Part shown: positions 54,429 to 64,000 of the stretch, piece after piece
How the letters are laid out: every line of letters begins with the position of its first letter
How positions within the stretch are numbered: the first letter of the stretch is position 1
Origin: Octopus sinensis
Lineage: Eukaryota
Length of the DNA stretch: 64,000 nucleotides
Assembly (NCBI RefSeq): GCF_006345805.1
Contig: NC_043006.1
Coordinates: 50,344,001 to 50,408,000 of the forward strand
Reading direction: 5' to 3'
Program-made: the position numbers and the translations under genes
The notes under the pieces: model-generated
Told to the model about the DNA's origin: nothing
Seen by the model: the letters and a program-made list of their open reading frames with translations, nothing else
Database searches by the model: none

Positions 54429-54840
54429 CAGGAATGGCTGTGTGGTAAGTTGCTTGTTTACGAACCACATGGTTCCGGGTTCAGTCCCACTGCGTGGAAC
54501 CTAGGACAAGTGTCTTCTACTATAGCCTCGGGCCGACCAAAGCCTTGTGAGTGGATTTGGTAGACGGAAACTGAAAGAAGCCGTCGTATATATGTATATG
54601 TAAATATATATATATGTGTGTGTATGTGTGTTTGTGTGTCTGTGTTTGTCCCCCCAACATCGCTTGACAACTGATGCTGGTGTGTTTACGTCCCCGTAAC
54701 TTAACGGTTCGGCAAAGGAGACCGATAAAATAAGTATTAGGCTTACAAAGAATAAGTCCTGGGGTCAATTTGCTCGACTAAAGGCGGTGCTCCAGCATGG
54801 CTGCAGTCAAATGACTGAAACAAGTAAAAGAGTAAAAGAG
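54429..54840 (+). mobile_element. CORE-type SINE, full length
   Basis: Colinear with 40826-41250. Confidence 0.9.
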
Positions 54841-54849
54841 TAAACTGCA

Positions 54850-57826
54850 CCAAACCAGAACACCACCGATAAAAATATAAACAGGAGGGAATACAAAACA
54901 AATCTAAAACCTGGAAACAGTGAAGGTGAAACTAATTATGATACTCTAAAAATGAGCATAATCAAAGAGCTGAAAGCCTAAGATCTCAGTATGGATCACC
55001 TATTGTACCTCCCAAAAATGAAAATTGTTAATAAAATATCAATAATAAATAGCATGAACCTGGCCGTCACAGAACTAATAGCCACAGAAACAAATGTCAA
55101 TATAACCAGGCTAAATGGTATAATTGCAGCAGCCGCTGTGGTCGCAAGAGAAGCTGGATACACCCTAAAATCCAGCCAAACAGGAGTACCACCACCCAAA
55201 CAAACCCCGTGGATGAATAATATCAGAAAAATAGGAAATAAGAGAAAGGATTTGTCAGTCCTTAATGAAACTAGGAGACAAATGAGCACTACTAAGCAAC
55301 AAAAGAATAATACTGCGTAAATACAAAATTACAGAACAAGGTATACCTGAGGTAAAAAAACCGCCAAAGCAAGATATCCTCGCCAAAACACAAAGAATCC
55401 GTCGGTATGAGAAACGCCAACGTTTTTTGAACAAAACAAACAGTTCAACCTCAACCCCGGAATATTCTACCAAGAACTTGGCAAAAATAAAATAGGGATC
55501 AGTGCGGTACCAACAGCAGAAGCGGATGAATTTTGGAAAGAAATATGGTTGGCGAAGGAACAACCTCAGAAAAGGTCTATCAAAACAACGCACTCAGCGC
55601 CTGAACAACTCTGGTTTCCTATAACAACTGAAGAGGTCAAACAAGCACTGCAAAAACTAAGCAACTGGAAGGCACTCAAGCACGATAAGATCAACTTCTG
55701 GTTAAAATACCTGACAAGAACATATGAAAAGCTGGCTGAGAAATTTTATGAAATCCTAGCAGAGCCAATACCTGAATGATTTACGGAAGGGAAAAACTAT
55801 CCTAATTCCCAAATCCGCTGACACGGCAAACCCACAAAATTACAGATCAATAACTTGTCTCCCTACAATTTACAAAACCTTCACTGCAATAATATCGCAG
55901 AGGATGAGCGAGCATCTGGAAGAAAACAACCTATTTCCAGAAGAGCAGAAGGGATGCTGCAAGGACTCATATGGCTGTAAAATCTACTACTGATCAAAAA
56001 AGCCATAACTGAATGCAGCCGCAGAAAGAAGGCCTGATTACCGAAAGGCGTTTGATAGTATTCTCCACACATGGATCCTAGAAACATTAGCCATTAACAA
56101 GGTAGCACAAATAATCATAAAACATTCCATAGATAAATGGCAGGCAGTGCTACAACTCCGGACAAAAGAGGAACTCATAAAAACAAACCCATCCCCATTA
56201 GAAGAGGACTATTCCAGGGAGACACATTCTCTCCACTCCTTTTCTGCTTGGCACTAACACCTTTATCTGATGTGCTAAACAGAACTGGATGTAGATACAA
56301 CAGTTACAGCAAAACAATCAGCCACCTCTTATGGATGATCTAAAACTATACGCTACAAATGATAAACAGCTGGAAACATTATTACAAACAGTACATGGAT
56401 TTACCAAAGAAATAAACATGAAATTTGGCTTAAAAATGCGCCAAAGCAACCTTGAAAAGAGGAAAACTAGTTAAGAGTAGCAACATCAAGCTAGATAAAA
56501 CAAATGAAATAAGAGAATTAGACCAAAGCCAGACATACAAATGCTTAGGAATCAATGAACTAGATACGATACAACACCCACAAATGAAAGAGAAAATAAA
56601 AAAAGAATACTATAGATGAGTTAGATTACTACTGTAAACAGAGCTTAATGTGGAAAACAAGATAGTAGGTATCGACACTCTAGCCGTCCCAGTTATATGT
56701 TACAGTTACAATATCCTTCACTGGACTCTAAATGAACAAATCAAAATAGACAGGAAAACGAAAAATAATGACAGGGTGTACCACCCAAAATCTGACACAG
56801 AAAAAGTTATACATACAACATATGGAAGGAGGTAGAGGCCTTATATAGCTAGAAAACTATTACAAAATAACCATCATAGGACTACAAAAGTACCTACTTC
56901 AGAAGCAAGGAAAACTAATACAAATAGCCACAAAACAGCAAAACAAAAAACTGTTTTTAGCCTTTAAGGAGGTTGACAAATACAAAAAAGAAGTCATACT
57001 ACCTAACAACTATGAAGAAAAAGAAGAAACAACAAAATCTGAAAACAACTGAAATCCAAACTAAAACAGCAACGAATCATGACAAAACGATGGCAAAAAA
57101 TGCAACTTCATGGCAAATACTAGTGTTACGACACACGCTCAAAACCGCTCAGAAAGAAGAAGCAGTAAAGAAGCCCGAAGAGACGCCAACAACAAAACAA
57201 AACCGTCGCGTATAGTCAAAGAAAAAAATTTTTTAAACTTTGTAAAGTTCTTTTTTATTTTCGTTGTCTTTAAAAGAATAACAACAGAAAAATATGGTAT
57301 AGGCACACGCCAGAAAAGGTTACAGAAAATGAGGAAGCAACCATACTATGGGATATACACACATAGAGAAATTAAGGCCGATAGACCGGGTATAGTTGTC
57401 AAAGATCATCAGGAAAAATGCTTTCTAATTGATGTACCAATAGCAACAGATGACAACGTTTCTCTAAAAGAAATGGAGAAACTTTCAAAATGCAAAGACC
57501 TGGAAATAGAGGTAATTCGAATGTGAAGTCTAAAATCAGAAAAAAATTCCTATCATAGTAGGCACATTAGGTATGATAAAAAATATTGAGACAAATACTT
57601 AACAGAAACACCAGGATTACAAGTGTATATAACATACAGAAAATAGTACTACTGGGTACCGCACAACACTTTCAATACAGTAACAATAAGAGCATCACAA
57701 CAAACCACAACACATACCCAAGGCACACAGAGATGCGCTCGGTAGTGAAGTATAAGCACTTGATAAATATAAGACTACTGAACAACAACAACAACAACAA
57801 CAACAACAATAATAATAATAATAATA

Positions 57827-57867
<41 letters not shown>
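54850..57867 (+). mobile_element. R4/Dong-clade non-LTR retrotransposon (RT plus restriction-like endonuclease), frameshifted, with (AAC)n(AAT)n tail
   Basis: NYRSITCLPTIYK, EEQKGC, DYRKAFDSI, RGLFQGDTFSPLLF, MDDLKLY, RPGIVVKD..LIDV..KEMEKLSKCKDL. Confidence 0.9.
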
Positions 57868-58300
57868 TTTCAGCGAAAGAGTTTGATAAGCTCAGAAAAT
57901 ATAAAGACCTACTCATTGAAATTGAGAAAATGTGGCATCTCAAGGCGGTTACAATACCAGTGATCGTAGGAGCACTAGGAATGATCAAGAAGGGAACTGA
58001 AAATTATATGAGAATGATCCCTGGCTTACCATCCCTGCAAGAAGTGCAAAAGATTGTCTCAACTGGTACATCACACGTATTGAGAAGAGCATTGTCGATG
58101 TGAGAACTGTTGCTGCTCATGTATTTTAATTTAACTTAAAAAAAAAAAAAATGAACGAACTATTGAGTTTGGTTTAATGGCCTACCAATGTATACTATGA
58201 GTTTCTTTGCCCTAGGAGTCGGGAAGACACTCGGCAAGAAATGGAAGCAAATTTGAAAGAAGAAAAAAAAATAGTAACAATAATAATAATAATAATAATA
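57868..58300 (+). mobile_element. Second, 5'-truncated R4/Dong copy inside the (AAT)n tail of the first
   Basis: KEFDKLRKYKDLLIEIEKMWHLKAVTIPVIVGALGMIKK...LRRALSM*, own (AAT)n tail. Confidence 0.85.
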
Positions 58301-58304
58301 ATGA

Positions 58305-59760
58305 ACTAGAGCATAACAGACCGAACCTAGTGGTGGTGGACAAAGTGCACCACATATGCTATATAGTTGATGTTGCATGCCCCTTTGACCTACGCATAAT
58401 CAAGAAGGAAGGCAAAAGGATAGAGAGATGGTACAGTGCCGATCGTCATTCCATTAATGTTGTAGAAAGATTTAAGTGGAGAAAGGAAATTAAGAAAGGC
58501 AGCAATGGAATGTTGTCTACTAAGCTGAACCACGAAAGCGATTATTCCTAAAATGAATGCTGGAGATCTGAATCGATATGAGAGTCTTATGTTAAGTATT
58601 GTGTATCAGGATTAGAAAAAAACTTTCTAGCTTAGAAACTGAAGAAATACAGCGAAAGATCAAATTAAAATTACAAGAACCAACATATCAGAGCGAGAAT
58701 GATGTCAATGACTCGTTAGAGAACCGAGATATGCAACCATCATAGTCAAGTAGTAGAATACAACGCTCACACTTGAATCAAAGGCACCAAATGGTATACA
58801 AGATGAAAAAGAATTTAATGTAGATTGTCTTGTTATAAATCAACAAAAGTTCCTTGAAAAATCAAGGTAGGAGGTGCAGTTACATGAGGTTTCAAAGTTA
58901 GTTAATTTGTGGACAGTAGATCGAACCAAGGTTAGAGAAAACAAATCAACGGAGAACAGTATGATTGATAGAATTATCATTAAGGATACAAACACATTGG
59001 TATTAGGATTGTTGGTTGAAAATAAAGAGGAAAAAGAAGGATCAGCAAGTAACCCGGTGGTAAAGGCAGATACTAATGGAGATTAGCGACCCAATGAAGT
59101 GGACCAGTAGAGGAAAGATAAGTGAAAAACAGAAGAGGAGGAAATGTATCACGTAAGAAAAAGTAAAATGGGACCAATAATCAAAGAACAATAGCAGAGA
59201 GTAAAGGCAAAAACTGCTAAAATATGAAGGAAGAAGTAACTACTTTAAGAAAAATTGTCTTTTTCTATCAAACCAGAAACACCTATTTTATATTTTTGAC
59301 GGAAATGATAAGACTGAATACCGAAGGAAGCAAGTTATTTTCAGGAGAAACTTTTAGGAAAAGCTTCCAAGCACAGTAATAAAGCACTGTGGTAAATGAA
59401 AGTGAAAAATTACACTGAAAATTACACTGAAAAATTACACTGAAAATGATGACAAAAAGATTTGTCATCATGAGAGTAAATACTCGAAAGCAGTAAAAAG
59501 GTAGGAAACTGAGAAGCATAAAAAGCAGTCTTAATTCATGGTTACTCTCAGTAAGACCATAATGACACTATGTGATTAACAAAAGGAATAACCTGCCTAA
59601 TAGTGACAGACAAATTGAATGTATGCCAGCTATCGACAAATTTCCGTCTCCCAATCATAGGGATAATTACAGAAAAGGCATAGCAACAGCTATATGAGAA
59701 ACTCAGAAATGTCATCAAAGACTGAGCAAAGCAACGAAAGAACAAATGAACGACAAGGTG
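58305..59760 (+). mobile_element. Further R4/Dong fragments (endonuclease piece, then degenerate 5' ORF and RT pieces)
   Basis: HNRPNLVVVDK..IVDVACPFDLRI at 58310-58430; downstream similarity weak. Confidence 0.55.
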
Positions 59761-61479
59761 GTTTTATAAAATTCCAGAGAAATATGGATAAATTTATGTA
59801 TCGTTGCTACCACTTCGATCCTCCTCTCCTACTCGATGCTGTCTTCTTTCACTGATGTATATGCCGTATATGCTGGAGGTTTGTTTTCTGCCTGTAATAG
59901 TGTAGATTTTAAACACCATGTTCACTTTCTAAGAGTGATATTAGGCCTTATCACATGATATTCCTTCTGTGATTCTCCCTGCCCTCGGCCATTGGTAGCC
60001 TGCCTATTTCTTTCAGGATACTAATATTTAAGCAAACTATCCATTTCTGAAACAGGCATTTTCCCCTGACATTCTATTGATTTCCACCACCACCATATGG
60101 TTTGTAACACAGACATAAGGTATGGAGATGGGGTTTAGTCAATTAAATCAGCCCCAGTATTTAACTGGTATTTTATTTTTGTCAGCCCAAGGAGGAGAAA
60201 TGACTACATTATGACTCCCACCTTGTCCACTAGTAAGTAAGCATGCAGTATGGACTCATTTACCAGATATTTATAAAAAGTTGGTTTTGCCTGTTGAAGA
60301 CAAACATAATGTGAGTAAAATGGAAAAGGTGGGAAATGTTTTTATTACATGAGAGCCAGAAATTTCTATGGAAATTGATTAAGGATGTTTTAACTGCTTT
60401 TTCAACAATGAAGAGAATACATGTTCTCTTGTTATTATTATTGTTATTTCCTTTGTTACTTTTATCTGCATTGTCTGTCTGGCTGCGTCAAGTAATATTT
60501 CCGCCGCTGAAACTGTACTCATCTGTAATGACTGCTGACAGTGAAGACAGTTCCACTGGCCCTGGTAGGATAATAGTTTAGTAGTGTTAACGGTTGTAGT
60601 CATGCCTTCTTCAGTATCGCTGACGCTGGCATTGCAAGTGATGATGACGGTTAGTAGTGTCCTAGACGACGAGTAAATGGGGAAAAATTTTAATCTTTTT
60701 ACCGCTTCTTTTAAATTATCGATTCGAGAGGAGATTGTCATTTCTTGTCCTCGCCCATCTCTTACTGTTGTTACTTCTTTTTCTTCTTTTCTTTCGCATA
60801 AGCAAGTGACGTAATATTACATTAAATATTTTGTTTCTAAAAAAAAAAAATAAGATTTTTTCTGAAGACTGAAAAGCGAGAATGGGATTTCAATAGAAGC
60901 TGAAACAAAAAAGGAACAATGGCAGTGTCCCACTGGTAAATCCTGCAACAAGACAAATGGCACTAAATAACTCACCAAATAGTTTAAATGGTCAAAGTCC
61001 AGAAAGTCCACAACAAATGTGAAAAGTCCACGGAGATATGCACAATCGCGACTCACTGTTCAGCAATAATAATGGTTATTATTATTTCTGTATTTGCCTA
61101 AACAGTGACACATTAGGTGACTTTGCAAGAAAATTTCGTCACATTCAAACTCTACCAATCCACTAAATAAAATTCTTGTAGAACCCCCACCACTGGCGTT
61201 GCCCCAGGGCCGGAATAGCAGGAGGGCCTTATTGCAATTTCAAATACCACGGGAGACAAAAAATCATTCTTACAATTTTTCACATTTAAATTTGTTTACC
61301 TTTATAAGATATTCATGTTTTATACATAATGTTTCCTTTAGCTTTAAATTTCTAGAAATTACCAATCCAATTCGTAGAATTTAATATTTAAAAATTTTAG
61401 GGACATAAACAAGTTTAAACGCGAAACAGCGAAGGAATAAATTATTTACTATCTTCTATGGTTTCCGAAGCATCGTACT

Positions 61480-63080
61480 CAGTTTTTGGAAACTTGATAT
61501 TTTAAATGTAGAATTCTAATGACAATGTTTAAACATATATTGTCCATGTATTCTGTATGAAATATAATTGAGTTTCCTGTTAGTGTTACCAAAAGCCATT
61601 TAAATACACATGATTTGATATGAGTGTGTACAAATTTCAACATGAAACAATGAAAGAATACATGTTTTCTAGCTCCTGTCGCATTTGAAACCGCGTACAA
61701 CGTTTTGTAAACGTAAACGGGATTTATAAAGGAATAGTTTTGATACCCTATATACATCTCAGGCAACACTTGTACAATATTCATGCATGCTCTAATCTCA
61801 TTGCAGGAAATAGATATGTGCGTGCAACATAACGTGAAGTTAACCAAAGAAAATACGGATTTGAACAAAAAAATAAAAGTTGAGATTATAGTGTAGCACT
61901 CTTGAAGGAAGATAATGAGACCCTTTCCCATTATTTTCTTTACTTGTTAAATAATAATCCACAAATTTTCGCAGCTCTGTTTCTACCTCATTCCAGGAAC
62001 TGGTTATGGGCATGCAACATACTGCGAAGTTAACCAGAGAAAAATGCCAGTTGGACGATGATGCGGACTGGAACACTACAGAAAAAGGCTGTAGTTTTGC
62101 ATTCCCCAAATAAAATAATGAGCCACTTTTATTTCCTTCGCTTGTTAAATATTCATCCACAGCTTTTGGCTGCTCCACGTATTCAGTCCACAGCAACTTT
62201 AGCATAATCTCTAGAACAACATAACAAAAACTGAACTGTAGTAATCACAATTTGGGTAAAATATAACATCTAGTGTTGATTTCTTCCATATAAATCCAAT
62301 CCCTGATCTTCACTGAAAGAATTATGACCGACAAGAATCTTAAACAATGTGGACTACTTGGTCCATTATGAATTGCGTTACAACTCTCTGTTGGAAGATT
62401 CCTCACGCAATTAACTATAACAATATTTCTCCAAAGTTAATTGCTCATGGTTCCAGATGAAAAATACTGAAGTGTCAAAGAATCGATGACAACTGATTCG
62501 GGAGGAATAGTTTTCCTTATTGCTTCGGGTAAAGGAGGCAATTTCTTTTTTAATTTTAGCAGAAACTTCGTTGACTCACACAGATTCCTATTGTGATAAT
62601 ATCACCTGGAAATTCTGCAACTTTGCTCACATGTGGAATGACTGCTCCTTTTGCTTCTAAGCAGCTACTCAACCTGGTACACAATGAGAGATGCTGTGTG
62701 GAGCATTGAAAAGGATTTGAACAGCCAGAGGTTCTGAAGCAGGCCAAGCTGATAGTATGAGATGAGTGCAAAATGCCTCCCAGACTTATATTTGAGGCAG
62801 TTGGTCACATCTTAAAAGATCTCAGCGTTAAAATTAACACGGGTGGAATCATAGTCGTACTTAGTGATTTCAGGCAAATATCTGTGAACCACCTAGAAAA
62901 GTACACACCTAAGATATGTTGAGACCATGACTCAAAGAAATCTGCATTTGAAAATAAGGAAAAAAGTTTCACTTTACTAACAACATGGGGGCTGTGTTTC
63001 ATAGAAATTTTCGAGTAGACTAGTTTATAGAAGTTTTATTCCAATTGGGAGCAATGGTTAGCTGCTACTTTGTACTAAGC
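61480..63080 (+). mobile_element. Helitron RepHel relic (end of Rep plus PIF1-type helicase), with a ~190-bp internal duplication
   Basis: TSFQEL..DDDADWNTT; GGIVFLIASG; SATLLTCGMTA; VLKQAKLIV*DECKM; DFRQI; FTNNM. Confidence 0.75.
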
Positions 63081-63189
63081 TTGGAGGTATCAAAATACAA
63101 TAAAAATTATGGAGCAGTCATAAATATGTCTCTCTATCCTATACTGTGAATAAATTCATCTCAGTCTATTGGTTTACTTTCTCACCATC

Positions 63190-63480
63190 TGCAACTAAAA
63201 CTGAAAAACACATTTTGTGTTGTTACAGAATTTGTATGCATCAGAAATAGCTTGCCTTGTGCGGTCCAGTTCACCAATCCTTTGGTTGTGCTCAAAAAGA
63301 GTATGTCTCCATTCCTCGCAATTCCCTCGTCCAATCAAATATGCTGTTTCAGTTGTAGCGACTTCAGTTTCTAGAGTAGCCATCTCTTTCTCTGGCAATC
63401 AGCAAGTGTTTGTGAAATGCCCCAGGGATTGATCTGACATTCCACATTTCTCGCATAGTGAGTTCTATGTAGCATGCTCA
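63190..63480 (-). mobile_element. Possible LINE C-terminal zinc-knuckle fragment
   Basis: CEKCGMSDQSLGHFTNTC (Cx2C..H..C) flanked by stops. Confidence 0.3.
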
Positions 63481-64000
63481 CATTCAGGGAGAAGCAGTCA
63501 TCTTTTTATTAGAGCACAAACCTTAGAACAAGAAATAGTGTCCATTCCAATGTTCTTACTAGACAAAACATAGATCTATTAGAGCTGCACATGAGTCTAG
63601 AATTGTAAGAAAATATAGTTATACATACAAGACTATGTGCTTAAGTAAAAATTTAGAATTATCAATACACAAAAGCCTAAAATCTTACTTCCCATAAATA
63701 TGGCAAAATTCAGACTTAAAAATCACAATGAAAATATTTTTTGCATTACAACAAAAATAATTGCAAATATAATTACATACAGAGAGCATTACAGAAAAAT
63801 AAAAACTTACTCATAGTCATTTTAGTTTAGCAAAAATATTTCTACGTACTCAGGCATAGCAAATGCAGCTTTAACATCCCGCCACCTTGCTCGTCCTACA
63901 AGTAATCGTCCTACAAGTAATATTATCTATTTCAAAGCTGTAAACACGAACTACAACCACATAAATAGGGACAACTGCAAGATGGGTCAAAACATGATAC

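Noticed and set aside
61479-62205. Two long minus-strand ORFs (150 and 121 aa) with an apparent splice acceptor
   Set aside because: The plus strand gives Helitron Rep motifs, so these are antisense frames

Overview
AT-rich, microsatellite-saturated eukaryotic DNA, most likely an octopus genome (inferred from the tRNA-derived SINE families and the density of (TA)n/(CA)n/(TACA)n/(TATC)n repeats). No intact protein-coding gene, rRNA, tRNA gene or CRISPR array is supported, and most ORFs in the track are translations of microsatellites. The window is built from decayed mobile elements: Penelope-like elements (PLE; RT and GIY-YIG fragments), R4/Dong, RTE and CR1-type LINEs, Tc1/mariner and Helitron relics, about 20 SINE copies and several foldback elements. 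The only host-gene-like piece I recognise is a MIEN1/SelW(Rdx)-like 3' fragment at 34756-34911. The most notable signal is a set of at least 8 type I hammerhead ribozyme (HHR) motifs, often inside inverted or tandem repeats. The best case is a ~469-bp head-to-tail repeat at 38904-39895 with well-formed hammerheads on the minus strand, i.e. a retrozyme-like candidate circular-RNA element. All family assignments come from manual translation and motif recognition with no database search. Coordinates of decayed elements are approximate (about +/-20-50 bp).
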